Source: Planctomycetota bacterium
GTDB taxonomy: Bacteria > Planctomycetota > JAJSAM01 > JAJVHW01
Reading direction: 5' to 3'
Length of the DNA stretch: 64,000 nt
Assembly: GCA_965248445.1 (NCBI GenBank)
Contig: CBDFJG010000003.1
Span: forward strand, 384,001-448,000
The translations under genes were made by a program, and so were the position numbers. Shown in pieces: positions 36,761-48,954 of this stretch (its first letter is position 1; every line of letters begins with the position of its first letter). The notes under the pieces were generated by a model that was not told the origin of the DNA, searched no databases, and worked only from the letters and a program-made list of their open reading frames with translations.

Positions 36761-37612
36761 TCAGCCCACAGATCCCCGCTGCAGGCGGGCAGCTCTGACG
36801 GTGTTTGTGAGGAGCATGCCGACGGTGATGGGGCCGACGCCGCCGGGTACGGGAGTGATGAGGCCGGCGACCTCGCGGGCGTCGTTGGCGACGTCACCGA
36901 CCACGCCGTCGTCGACGACGTTGATGCCGATGTCCACGACGACGGCACCCGGCTTCAGCATGTCCCCGGTGACGAGGTTCGGCTTGCCGACGGCGACGCA
37001 CACGATGTCGGCTCGACGGGTGTGTGCAGCCACGTCCTTTGTGCCGATGTGACAGACGGTCACGGTAGCCAAGCGATCGAGCAGCAGCAGCGCGAGCGGC
37101 TTGCCGACGATTTCGCTGTGGCCGACGACCACGGTCTCTGCGCCCTCGAGCGGGACCTCGCTCTGCTCGAGCACGTGGATGGCTGCCATCGCCGTGCACG
37201 GTGCGAGGATCGCGCGGCCGCCCGCGAGCCGGCCGAGGTTGCTCGGGTGCAGGCCTTCGACGTCCTTCTGTGGATCCATCAGCGACTGGGCGGCGCGAGC
37301 GTCGAGACCGCTCGGCAGCGGGAGCTGCAGGATGATGCCGGTGGCGCGGTGGTCGGCGGCGAGCGCACGCAGGTGAGTGTGCAGCGCCTCCTGCGTGGTC
37401 TGGGCGGAGAGCCGGTTGTGGCGGAACCGGATGCCGGTGCGCTGGCACGCGCGGCTTTGGTTACGCAGGTACACGTCGGAGGCGCCCGAGTCGCCGACGG
37501 ACACAGCCACCAACCGCACGGGGCCCTCGCGGCTGAGGACCTCGACGTCGGCCCGCACCTGCTCCTCGATGGCGCTGCGCAGCGCCCGTCCGTCCACCAG
37601 CTTCGCCGTCAT
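36761..37612 (-). CDS. folD: Bifunctional methylene-THF dehydrogenase/cyclohydrolase
   Basis: GIILQLPLP, KDVEGLHP, PCTA, VGHSEIVGKP, DIGIN and TPVPGGVGPITV. Confidence 0.96.
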   Translation of the reverse strand: MTAKLVDGRALRSAIEEQVRADVEVLSREGPVRLVAVSVGDSGASDVYLRNQSRACQRTGIRFRHNRLSAQTTQEALHTHLRALAADHRATGIILQLPLPSGLDARAAQSLMDPQKDVEGLHPSNLGRLAGGRAILAPCTAMAAIHVLEQSEVPLEGAETVVVGHSEIVGKPLALLLLDRLATVTVCHIGTKDVAAHTRRADIVCVAVGKPNLVTGDMLKPGAVVVDIGINVVDDGVVGDVANDAREVAGLITPVPGGVGPITVGMLLTNTVRAARLQRGSVG

Positions 37613-37708
37613 GCCGCGCAGGATACGTCAGCCGCCCGTCAGAGGCTCCTCACGACCAACGACGCGTGCTCCAACGGGCTCGCGAGTGCCCCGTGATACG
37701 ATCCGGTC

Positions 37709-38248
37709 ATGCTCGGCGACATCCAGGAGATCCTCTACTCCCGGGAGGTCATCGACGAGCGCGTGAAGGAACTGGCGGCCCACGTCCAGGGCGCGTACCG
37801 CGACCAGCCCCTGACCGTGGCCGTCGTCCTGAACGGGGCCTTCATCTTCGCGGCCGACCTGGTGCGACACCTCGCCGCCGACGTCGACATGGTGTTCGTG
37901 CGCGCGCACTCCTACGGGGCTGACACGAGCCCCCAGTCCGAGCCGACCATCGGCCTGCCTGCGGGGATCGATTGGACGGGGCGGCACGTGCTGCTGGTCG
38001 AGGACATCGTGGACACCGGGCACACGGCCGTCGCCATGATGAGCGCGCTCCGCGGGCGTGGAGCCGCGTCCGTGCGGCTCTGCACGTTCCTGGACAAGCC
38101 GTCCCGCCGCGAGGTCGAGGTGAGCGTGGATTTCACCGGCTTCACGGTGGAGCGCGAGCCGTTCGTGGTTGGATACGGCCTCGACATCGGCGGTCGCTAC
38201 CGGAGCCTGCCGTACGTCGGCGTGCTGAAGCCCGAGTGCCGGCCCTGA
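37709..38248 (+). CDS. hpt: Hypoxanthine phosphoribosyltransferase
   Basis: VLNGAFIFAADL, VLLVEDIVDTGHT and FVVGYGLD...YRSLPYVG. Confidence 0.96.
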   Translation: MLGDIQEILYSREVIDERVKELAAHVQGAYRDQPLTVAVVLNGAFIFAADLVRHLAADVDMVFVRAHSYGADTSPQSEPTIGLPAGIDWTGRHVLLVEDIVDTGHTAVAMMSALRGRGAASVRLCTFLDKPSRREVEVSVDFTGFTVEREPFVVGYGLDIGGRYRSLPYVGVLKPECRP

Positions 38249-38252
38249 AGCC

Positions 38253-39029
38253 ATGGCTCTCGGTGATCGCGACTATATGCGCCGTCCTACTCCGCTGGGA
38301 GAGGCGCGCGGTCTGCGCTCGATCTCGATCCGCCTGATCATCGTGTGTGCGGTCGTGTGGCTCATGGTCCGCGCGAACTACCAGCCGGGGCGGGACAACC
38401 TCGTCGACGAGTTCGCGATCTCCTGGAACGCGCTCACCGAAGGCCGCGTCTGGACTCTCCTGACTCACGCGCTCACGCACCTCGACACGATGCACATCCT
38501 CTTCAACGCGTACGGCATCTGGCTCTTCGGCCGGATGGTCGAGCCGACGTACACGCGGCGGCAGTTCTACTTCGCGATTCTGGGCGCCATGCTCGCGGGC
38601 GGTCTCGGGCACGCGATCTACGGGGTCGCGACCGGCGATCCCCGGACGCCGGCCATCGGCGTGTCCGGAGTGGTGATGGCGCTCGTCGTGATGGCTGCAC
38701 TGCGCTTCCCCAAGGCCAAGATGGTGCTGTTCCCGATCCCGATCCAGTTGCCACTGTGGGTGCTCGGGGGGGTCTACATCGCGCTCGACGTGACGGGTGC
38801 CGTGCGCGGGACCGGGAACACCGCCTACGCGGCCCACCTGGGTGGGGCGGCGGCGGGGCTCGTGGCTCACCTACTCTCGCGAGGTCCGCGCGTGCAGCAG
38901 TTGCCGCCGCGTCGGCCGGCCAACCGGCAGGAAGTCGTCGACGCGCTGCTGGACAAGATCCAGCGCCAGGGGATCGGGTCGCTCTCGGCAGAGGAGCGGG
39001 CGTTCCTCGAAGAGTCGTCCCGCCGCTGA
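38253..39029 (+). CDS. Rhomboid intramembrane serine protease
   Basis: VWTLLTHALTH...HILFN, catalytic GVSG and AHLGG, and C-terminal VDALLDKIQRQGIGSLS-EE. Confidence 0.92.
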   Translation: MALGDRDYMRRPTPLGEARGLRSISIRLIIVCAVVWLMVRANYQPGRDNLVDEFAISWNALTEGRVWTLLTHALTHLDTMHILFNAYGIWLFGRMVEPTYTRRQFYFAILGAMLAGGLGHAIYGVATGDPRTPAIGVSGVVMALVVMAALRFPKAKMVLFPIPIQLPLWVLGGVYIALDVTGAVRGTGNTAYAAHLGGAAAGLVAHLLSRGPRVQQLPPRRPANRQEVVDALLDKIQRQGIGSLSAEERAFLEESSRR

Positions 39030-39060
39030 GCTCGAACTGCTGAGTCCTATCTGCTGGACC

Positions 39061-39560
39061 CTACCTGCTCGGCACGAGCACCAGCGACACGTCGAAGGTC
39101 TCTTGTCCCTCGAGGGTGATGTCCTGCCACGCCTCGTCGTGACCCGGCAACAGAGCCGACACCGTGTGCTTGTTGTTGCCGTACTCGTGCCGCCGCACCG
39201 TCTCTGTGCCGTGAATCAGCGACAGCGGGATCCAGATCGGGAACAGGAGGATCGTCCCGATGACTCCCGTGCTCTTGCGGATGGAGGCACCGACGTTGTT
39301 CTGACGGGAGTGGATCGTCTCGACGTGGTGGTACTCCACCGGCATTTTGAACGGGGCCGTGTCGAGTTCGGCGCCGTCCATGTAGACCATGGCGCCGCTG
39401 GGGCTCGTGCTCACGAGCAGGTCCGTGGTGATCAGGTCCGACTGGCGCTGGCCGGCGAAGAACTTCGACTTGCACGCGGGCAGTAGGAGCAGCGCTCCAC
39501 AGAGTGCGGCGGCGGTGGCGAAGCGGCCCATGGCGGTCGGACTCCCTGATTCTCTGGCCA

Positions 39561-39564
<4 letters not shown>
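39061..39564 (-). CDS. PEGA-like domain lipoprotein
   Basis: Lipobox LLPAC, LLVSTSPSGAMVYMDG and HTVSALLPGH. Confidence 0.65.
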
Positions 39565-41834
<2,270 letters not shown>

Positions 41835-41909
41835 CTCTAGTGATCCTCCGTTCCTGGCCCAGAGTTCATACCGGACTCGCCCGTTGTGACCGCGCTTTCG
41901 AACGACCGT

Positions 41910-44612
41910 TCAACGCCCGAGGGTCGCCGAGAGGCGCTCCCAGTCCCGGAGAGCCGCCCGCCGTTTGATCTCGTCTGGGGAGAACCCCGTCTCGGACGAT
42001 GGGTCCTCTCGGAGGAGCGCGTCCTTGGCGACCTCCGCCAGTTCGAGCCACTGCGCCTCGCGCCCGGGGAGCTCGAATGCGTACAGGAACTGCAGGTTGT
42101 AGAAGTACGCGTCCTGATAGGCACCGCCGGTGAGATCGAATGCGCGCAGGTACATCTCCTCCGCCCGTTCGAAGTCCTGCTCCGCGGCGAAGTAGTGGTG
42201 CATCAGCCCGGTGTCGTTGAACACCCCGGCGTACACCCAGCGTTCGGCGAACGGCAGGTCGTCGACGTCCTCGGGGATGCGAGCGATCGCCTCGGCGTAC
42301 AGTGCGACGCACTTCTTGAGCAGCGCACGTGCCCGCTCGGGAGTGCCGTCGGGGAACGTCTGGATTCGCGCGGGCCCGCGGCTCGTGAAACTCGACACGA
42401 CCTCACGCAGCGTGAACGCGAGGTTGTTGCGCGAGAGGACCTGGAAGCGGGCGTCGTCCGGCCGGACGGCGAGGAACCGGTCGTAGTCGGCGATCATCGC
42501 GTCGACGGCGGCGAAGCCGTCGAGACGCCGGGCGCGAATGGCACCCTCGACCTCGGCGACGACGGCTGCGAGGCCTGGCCGGACGCGGAGCGCGTCGAAG
42601 TAGGCGTCCATCGCGTCGTCGCGTCTCTTCTGCAGCAGCAGCGCGCGCGCCAGGTAGACCCGCGGCCACGCGGTCTCGAACGGCTCCACGTCGATGCGCT
42701 TGCGGAGCGCCTGCTCGGCGCGCGCTACATCTCCGGCGCCCAGACGCTCGCAGCCGACGAAGTAGAGAAGCGCCGAGTCTCTCGGGCGCTTCGCGAGGAG
42801 TTCCTCGAGGAGGGCGCGATAGCCGGCGATGTCGGGAGACATCAGATTGCGTAGTCCGGCCAGGGCGCGTTCTGCTGCGCTGTCATCGCCGAGGGCGTCG
42901 ATGTAAGCCGTGCGCGCCTTCTCGGTCTCACCGGCGTAGTGCCAGGCGTAGGCGCGCAGGAGGACAGCTACGCCGTAGAGGGGCTGCTCGGCCTCGAGCG
43001 TGTCGAGGAGCTCGCCGGCCGCGCGCATGTCCGCAGTGTCGGCGTCGGTCGCGCCATCGCCGGCGTAGCCGCGGAATCCGCGGCGATAGCGGTGCGTGCC
43101 GAGGGCTTCGCGCACGCTGCGCGGCGCCGTCTCGGCGGCCGCGCGGGCGGTGAGGAGGTCAATTGCCTCGCCCCGGCGTCCGCGCACCCGCAGCCAGAGG
43201 GCCTCGCCGAGCAGTGCCTCGTCGCGCACCGGCCACGCCGCCCCCTCCGCCCGCCGGACGCGCCGGTAGACCAGGATCGCATCCTCGGCCCGGGCGACCG
43301 CAAGAGCCTCCTCCTTGTTCGTCAACGCTGCCGAGACGCGGGCCAGGAGCAGCAGGTGCGCCGCGACCTCCGGCTCTCCGTCGTTCGCGCCGCCTGGCGA
43401 GGTCACACGTACGCGCGCACGTAGCGCGTGTTCTGCGCGGAGCAGCGGGCCGCGTTCGTCGAGTTCGAGTGCGGATCGCGCGGCACCGTCGGCGGCGCGA
43501 TCCGAATTCGGATTGCGGACAAGTTCCGCCTCGAACGCGGCGAGCGCATCCCGCGGACGCCCCTCCGCGAGGAGCTTGTCGCAGTCCTCGAGCGGGGGGA
43601 GCACGGGCGAGGTCAGCGCCTTCAGGAATGCGAGCAGGTCGGCGCGGTCCTCCTCGTCGAGGGCGAGCGGGCGCATGAGCGCGGAGAGATGGGGGTTCCG
43701 CCCGCCGCCGTCGACGTAGAAGTCGATGACCTCTTCCAGGATCGCCAGCGAACCGTCGTGCATGAACGGTCCCGTGAGCTCGATGTTGCGCAGGGTGGGT
43801 GTCCGGAAGGCGCCCGTGTCGTCTGCCTCGCCGGTGATCTTCGCGCGACCAGGGTCGGCCTTACCCTCGTCCTTCCCGGCGCCTGTGTTGTGGAAGCGTC
43901 CGTCACTGAACAGCGCATAGCTCTGCCGAATCGAGTGACACTGCACGCAGCCCGCGTCCGCGATGAACAGCCGGTACCCGCGTGCGGCCGCGTCGCTCAT
44001 GGCCGCCTCGTCGCCAGCCCACCACGCGTCGAACGGGGCGTCGCCCGAGAGCAGCGTGCGCTCGAATGCGGCCAGGGCGCGGACCGTGCGCTGCATGGTG
44101 ACGGCCGGATCGCCGAACGCCTCCTCGAACAGCGGTGTGTACTCCTCGATACCGGCCATGTGCTCGGCGAATGCACCCGCATCCGGCCACCCGAGTTCAT
44201 CGGGGTGCAGCAGCACCGCGCGGGCCTGCTCCTCGAGCGACGGCGCCCGGCCGTCGTGGAACAGATCGCGCACCAGCCCCACGTTGAGGAGCGTCGGTGC
44301 GTTGCGTGCCAGCTTCTTGCCTCCGCGTCCGGTCGGAACCGCGCGGCCGTCCGTGAACGCGAGTGACGCGACATGGCACGTGGCGCACGCGGAGGCGCCG
44401 TCCACGGAGAGCCGACGGTCGGTGAACAGCTTCGCCCCGAGCTCTACCTTTGCCTTCGTGGTCCGGTTGGTCCGGGGCGCCAGCGGGCGCACGACGCCGC
44501 GCGGTGGCGGCTCCCGTCCGTCCTCCGCCGTGGCGACGACCGCGAGCAGCGCGAGCGCCGCCGCGGCGGCGGCGATCGCGGGCCTCCGTTCAGCGCCAGC
44601 GAATCGGAACAC
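41910..44612 (-). CDS. Diheme cytochrome c peroxidase/MauG-family domain fused to a long TPR-like region
   Basis: Signal-like N-terminus, LGAKLFTDRRLS, CATCH, RNAPTLLN, CVQCH and FRTPTLRNIELTGPFMHDG, then about 550 aa of helical repeats. Confidence 0.85.
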   Translation of the reverse strand: MFRFAGAERRPAIAAAAAALALLAVVATAEDGREPPPRGVVRPLAPRTNRTTKAKVELGAKLFTDRRLSVDGASACATCHVASLAFTDGRAVPTGRGGKKLARNAPTLLNVGLVRDLFHDGRAPSLEEQARAVLLHPDELGWPDAGAFAEHMAGIEEYTPLFEEAFGDPAVTMQRTVRALAAFERTLLSGDAPFDAWWAGDEAAMSDAAARGYRLFIADAGCVQCHSIRQSYALFSDGRFHNTGAGKDEGKADPGRAKITGEADDTGAFRTPTLRNIELTGPFMHDGSLAILEEVIDFYVDGGGRNPHLSALMRPLALDEEDRADLLAFLKALTSPVLPPLEDCDKLLAEGRPRDALAAFEAELVRNPNSDRAADGAARSALELDERGPLLRAEHALRARVRVTSPGGANDGEPEVAAHLLLLARVSAALTNKEEALAVARAEDAILVYRRVRRAEGAAWPVRDEALLGEALWLRVRGRRGEAIDLLTARAAAETAPRSVREALGTHRYRRGFRGYAGDGATDADTADMRAAGELLDTLEAEQPLYGVAVLLRAYAWHYAGETEKARTAYIDALGDDSAAERALAGLRNLMSPDIAGYRALLEELLAKRPRDSALLYFVGCERLGAGDVARAEQALRKRIDVEPFETAWPRVYLARALLLQKRRDDAMDAYFDALRVRPGLAAVVAEVEGAIRARRLDGFAAVDAMIADYDRFLAVRPDDARFQVLSRNNLAFTLREVVSSFTSRGPARIQTFPDGTPERARALLKKCVALYAEAIARIPEDVDDLPFAERWVYAGVFNDTGLMHHYFAAEQDFERAEEMYLRAFDLTGGAYQDAYFYNLQFLYAFELPGREAQWLELAEVAKDALLREDPSSETGFSPDEIKRRAALRDWERLSATLGR

Positions 44613-45525
44613 GGCGGAATCGCTCCGTCAGACCGGGGGTGAGGACGATGCGGCGGTCGCGCCGCTCCAGTTCTGCGCGCAGGTCAGCCGCCCGCTCCTG
44701 GGCGTCGCGGGCACGATCGTCACGTCCGGCTGCGACGTGCAACTCGGCCTCCTGGTCCAGCGCGGCGGGAGACGGTCCGCTTCCGGGCAGCGTAGCCGCC
44801 GGCTCATCGGACGATCGAGCGAGCCGCGCGTCGTACAGGATGAGGGGACGAACCTCGAGCCACACTGGTCGTGTCGTGATGGGGTCTTCGATCGAGCCGC
44901 CACGCGCAAGCCCCGGCCGCTGCGTCCAGTTCATCGTGATCAGTTCGCCGGCCTCCGACTCGACCCACTCGTGTTCGGCGAGCGGTTCGTCGCCCACGAC
45001 GTGCAGGTCGAACGTGTGGTCGTCTCCGGACGGACGGCCGACGTCCGCGCCCGTCCACGGTCCATAGCCGACGATGACTGTCGTCTCCGCAGTCACGGTC
45101 ACGGACACGTCGAGTTTCAGCTCGGAGGCGTACCCGGCACCCTTGACCGGCGGTGGCGTCCGGGTGAACGCCAGGAAGTCGTCCGCGTACGCCATCTCCG
45201 TGGCGGCGAACGCATCGCCCGGCAGCACGAGCAACTGCGCGTTGTCGCTCATGGCGTACCCGTCGGGCGTGTCGCGGTAACGGATCTCGAAGGTCGCGCT
45301 CCCGCCCGGCGGCGGCACCAGCCGCAGGATCCCGAAACCGAGGGTGGTCGTCCCCTGGAAGTCGATCCATGGCGCCTCGTCCGGCGAGTCGCCGGCCGAC
45401 CCCTCTTGAGGTGCCGGAGTTGCGGGAGGCGCTGCCGGCGCTGGCGGCGTGTCGGCGGAGTCGCCGCATGCCCCGGCGGTAACGCCCACGAGGGCCACGA
45501 GCACGGAAAGGGCGACAAGGCGCAT
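44590..45525 (-). CDS. Hypothetical lipoprotein
   Basis: MRLVALSVLVALVGVTAGAC lipobox, then a Pro-rich linker and a beta-rich domain. It directly precedes the peroxidase gene. Confidence 0.65.
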   Translation of the reverse strand: MRLVALSVLVALVGVTAGACGDSADTPPAPAAPPATPAPQEGSAGDSPDEAPWIDFQGTTTLGFGILRLVPPPGGSATFEIRYRDTPDGYAMSDNAQLLVLPGDAFAATEMAYADDFLAFTRTPPPVKGAGYASELKLDVSVTVTAETTVIVGYGPWTGADVGRPSGDDHTFDLHVVGDEPLAEHEWVESEAGELITMNWTQRPGLARGGSIEDPITTRPVWLEVRPLILYDARLARSSDEPAATLPGSGPSPAALDQEAELHVAAGRDDRARDAQERAADLRAELERRDRRIVLTPGLTERFRRVPIRWR

Positions 45526-45632
45526 GCCGACGAGTTTGCGCCACCGGCAGGTGGGCGTCAACGAGGCGCGGTGCGGCACGCACAGGGACTTTTCGTGGGG
45601 TGCCCAGCCGGGCTCGGACCGAGGATCGTGGC

Positions 45633-46616
45633 ATGGCCGATCTCCGCATCCTCGAGGTCGATCTCAGCCGCTACGAGCGGGGGGGTCGGAGTTCCAGGCA
45701 GGCCGTCGTCGACGGCGTCCTGACCAGCCTCGGGACCGGCTTCGTGTACCTGCGGCACGACGTGCCAGAGGAGGTCATCGACCGCGCTTACGAACTCCTG
45801 GCGGCGTTCTTCCACCTGCCGCGTGAGGTGAAGGAGCAGTTCGTCCGGCAGGGCTCGATGGGGCAGACCGGGTTCACCGGACTGCTCGTCGAGACGGCTG
45901 CCGGAGAGGCGCTCCCGGACTGGAAGGAGATGCTGAACTGGGGCCGCGAACTCCCGGAAGGGCATCCGCTCCGCCGGAAGTACCCGCACCGATACATGGA
46001 GCGCGTGTTCCCCGAGGACGTCGTGCCGGGTATCGGCGACGCGCTCGCGATGCTGTGGGACACCTTTCAGGACGTGCAACGGCGCTTCCTTCGGGTGATC
46101 GCAACCGGGATCGGGTGTGCCGAGACGTACTTCGACGGGATGCTTGCGGACGGACCCACGCTCTGCCGCGCGATCCGCTATCCCCCGATGGACGATGCTC
46201 CCGCAGTGGGTCACGTGTGGGCCGCTGAACACGACGACATCAACCTCGTCACAGCGCTGCCGCGCGCGACCGCGCCGGGACTGCAGGTGCGGATCCAGGG
46301 CGAGTGGGTGGACGCCGTCGCGCCCGCCGGCTACGCGATCCTGAACACCGGCATGATGCTCGAGCGCGTCACGAATGGGCGGATCGCGGCGGGACCGCAC
46401 CGGGTCGTCGCGCCGCCCGGCGCGCACGGAGAGCGATTCAGCGTCGTGCAGTTCTGCCACCCGTCGCCGTGGACCGTGCTCGCGCCCGCCGCTTCGTGCA
46501 TCACGCCGGACAATCCGCAGCGGTTCTCCCCGATCGCGGCCGGCGACTGGCTCGATCAGGTGCTCTACGACATCAACCTGGTCGAGGACGCCCGGCGTGC
46601 GCCGGGTACCGGCTAG
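45633..46616 (+). CDS. Isopenicillin N synthase-family 2OG-Fe(II) oxygenase
   Basis: GFVYLRH, HxD motif (EHDDIN), NTGMMLERVTNG, PHRVV and RFS. Confidence 0.9.
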   Translation: MADLRILEVDLSRYERGGRSSRQAVVDGVLTSLGTGFVYLRHDVPEEVIDRAYELLAAFFHLPREVKEQFVRQGSMGQTGFTGLLVETAAGEALPDWKEMLNWGRELPEGHPLRRKYPHRYMERVFPEDVVPGIGDALAMLWDTFQDVQRRFLRVIATGIGCAETYFDGMLADGPTLCRAIRYPPMDDAPAVGHVWAAEHDDINLVTALPRATAPGLQVRIQGEWVDAVAPAGYAILNTGMMLERVTNGRIAAGPHRVVAPPGAHGERFSVVQFCHPSPWTVLAPAASCITPDNPQRFSPIAAGDWLDQVLYDINLVEDARRAPGTG

Positions 46617-48499
46617 CGTTCGAAGACCTTCTGCTTCTGCAGTTCGTCCTTTCCCTGCACGACGGTGACGAAACGGTTGGCGGGCACGTCGGTGAACCGC
46701 TGCACGGTGCCGGCCGCGTCGTTCCAGCGCACGACGAGACGGTCGATGCGCTCGCTCCGCCCCAGTCCGAAGTACGCCTCCGGCGGGTCCTGGTGGTTGG
46801 CGAGGCCCGAGCCGGCGCGGATCTCCCGCAACTGCCTGATCTTGCCCGTGACGACCTCGACGCGCGCACCGATACCGCTCCTGTTCGCTCCGCCCGCACC
46901 CTTGCCGACGAGCTTCACCGTCAGGAAGTGGTTGCCGCTGCGATTGGCGACGTCATTGCGCAGGAGGCCGACGCGGTTGATCTCGAGACCCGGCATGAAC
47001 TTCTCTCGGTGTGCCTTGTTCAGCCGCATGAACGAGCGCCCGATCAGGATGTCCACGTCGCCGTCGCGGTCGTAGTCCCCGAGCGAGAGGCTTCCGCAGC
47101 CCTCCCACGTCATGCCGAGTCTCTCCGTGACGTCCTTGAATGTGTGGTCCTTGTTCTGGAAGTAGACGCGCAGGAACTGCCCGTCCGCGTAGTCCCCCGA
47201 CGCGATCAGGAGGTCCTGCAATCCGTCGTTCTGGATGTCGGCAAGCGCTACGTGCAGGTCGCCGTTGTTCCACGAGCGCTCTTCGCGCCGTTTCCGCGGC
47301 GGAAGCAGGTCGGCGACGGTGATCCGCTTGAACCCGTTGCCCTGGTTCACCAACAGCGCGGACAGATCCGATGACTCGCCGGCCCACGCGTGCGTGATCT
47401 CTCCGATGAAGCAGTCCAGGTCGCCGTCGTTGTCGTAGTCGGCAACGGCACAGTCGAAGGTGTTTCCGTTCGCCCGGAACGGCGCCTCGTCCGAACGCTC
47501 TGCGCCGCGACGCTTGAAGAACTCCTGCGCCCACTCGGGGTACTTGCCGTGCTGGATCGCGTCACCCGCGAACATCGTCTCGCGACCGACGTCGACGAAC
47601 GTGCCGTCGCCCTCGTTGCGCCATTGACGGTTCCACTGGCGGCCGTACGAGAGGGCGAGGAGATCCTGATCGCCGTCGCCGTCCATGTCGCCGTGGGTCA
47701 CGCCGTACGTCGGACGGGAGGAGCGGTGACCAGCCGCAACGGGCAGCGTGGTCAGTCGAGAGGCGGTGGTGATGTCGGCGAAGCCACCTCGGCCGTCTCC
47801 GCGGAACAGACGGTCGATGCCGCAGTCCTCGAGCTGTCCGTAGACCTGGTACTCGCGGCCCTCGAAGACGTCCAGAAGCCCGTCCTGGTCCACGTCGCAG
47901 ACGGCCAGCGCCATCACGGGGCCGACATTCGCTGGAAGCGTGTAGTCGGACGCCGGTCCTCGCGCGAACCGGCCCCTGCCGTCGTTCAGCCAGACCGTCG
48001 AGCGAGCGCCGTGATCGGAGGCCGCAACGCTCTCGAAGCCCGCGGCCCCGAAGCGCACCCACGTCGCCTTGATGCCGGCCAGCGCGTCCTGGTCACCGTC
48101 GTTGTCGATGTCTGCGAAGTAGAGGTAGTGAGGCACCAGTTCCTTCGTGCTTGCCTTGGCTTGGTCCGGCTTGCCGTCGCGGCCGAGCGGGACCTGCTTC
48201 ACCACGGGGAACGGGATCCCGACACCCTCGACCTCCTTGAAGCGCGTGCCGCGCTTGCGCGACACGAGGAACGTCCGGCGGCTCAGCACGAGATCGAGCC
48301 AGCCGTCGCCGTCGAGATCGGTGAAGACGCAGTCTTTCGCGCGGTCGTCCGTGAGACCGACCTCTGTCGCCACGTCGACGAACCACGGCGGATCCTGGGG
48401 CGCAGGCGGTGCCGCGGGGTCCTGGGCCGTGGCGCTGGCCACGACCGTGGCGAGAAGTGCGGTCGAGAGTCCGATCAGACGTGCGTGGGGAGCTGTCAT
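46613..48499 (-). CDS. CRTAC1-family protein (FG-GAP repeats plus ASPIC/UnbV domain)
   Basis: Signal peptide, repeated DxDxDGDxD units, and C-terminal NRSGIGARVEV...AGSG...YFGLG...VRW. Start set at ATG 48499. Confidence 0.9.
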   Translation of the reverse strand: MTAPHARLIGLSTALLATVVASATAQDPAAPPAPQDPPWFVDVATEVGLTDDRAKDCVFTDLDGDGWLDLVLSRRTFLVSRKRGTRFKEVEGVGIPFPVVKQVPLGRDGKPDQAKASTKELVPHYLYFADIDNDGDQDALAGIKATWVRFGAAGFESVAASDHGARSTVWLNDGRGRFARGPASDYTLPANVGPVMALAVCDVDQDGLLDVFEGREYQVYGQLEDCGIDRLFRGDGRGGFADITTASRLTTLPVAAGHRSSRPTYGVTHGDMDGDGDQDLLALSYGRQWNRQWRNEGDGTFVDVGRETMFAGDAIQHGKYPEWAQEFFKRRGAERSDEAPFRANGNTFDCAVADYDNDGDLDCFIGEITHAWAGESSDLSALLVNQGNGFKRITVADLLPPRKRREERSWNNGDLHVALADIQNDGLQDLLIASGDYADGQFLRVYFQNKDHTFKDVTERLGMTWEGCGSLSLGDYDRDGDVDILIGRSFMRLNKAHREKFMPGLEINRVGLLRNDVANRSGNHFLTVKLVGKGAGGANRSGIGARVEVVTGKIRQLREIRAGSGLANHQDPPEAYFGLGRSERIDRLVVRWNDAAGTVQRFTDVPANRFVTVVQGKDELQKQKVFER

Positions 48500-48533
48500 G
48501 CGGACAGGATAGGGACCGAACAGGAGGTGAGCG

Positions 48534-48941
48534 ATGGTCGAGGTCACGGGACGATACGACGGCGAGCTCTCGTGCGTGGCAGTCCACGGCCCCTCGGCCG
48601 CCGAGATGACCACGGACGCACCAGTGGACAACCAGGGCCGCGGCCGCAGCTTCTCGCCCACGGATCTCGTGGCGACGGCGCTGGGCACGTGCGTGATGAC
48701 GATCATCGGGATCTTTGCCGCGCGGAAGGGGATCGAGATCACCGGCGCGACGTTCCGTGTAACCAAGGAGATGGCCGCCGATCCTCACCGACGTATCGCG
48801 CGTCTCCCCCTCACCGTCGTGCTTCCGGAGAGCGTGCCGCCCGATGTGCGCCCGCTGCTCGAGCGCGCCGCACACGGCTGCCCCGTGCACCGCAGCCTGG
48901 ACCCCCGCGTCGAGGCGCCGATCTCCTTCGAGTACGCGTGA
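48534..48941 (+). CDS. OsmC family protein
   Basis: TDAPVDNQGRG-SFSPTDLVATALGTC...AHGCPVHRSL. RBS AGGAGGT. Confidence 0.92.
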   Translation: MVEVTGRYDGELSCVAVHGPSAAEMTTDAPVDNQGRGRSFSPTDLVATALGTCVMTIIGIFAARKGIEITGATFRVTKEMAADPHRRIARLPLTVVLPESVPPDVRPLLERAAHGCPVHRSLDPRVEAPISFEYA

Positions 48942-48954
48942 GGTCGTTCGGCCG

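Noticed and set aside
45633..48499. Secondary-metabolite cluster around the IPNS-family oxygenase and CRTAC1 gene
   Set aside because: There is no NRPS, PKS, RiPP precursor or tailoring set nearby. The genes are convergent and commonly stand alone.
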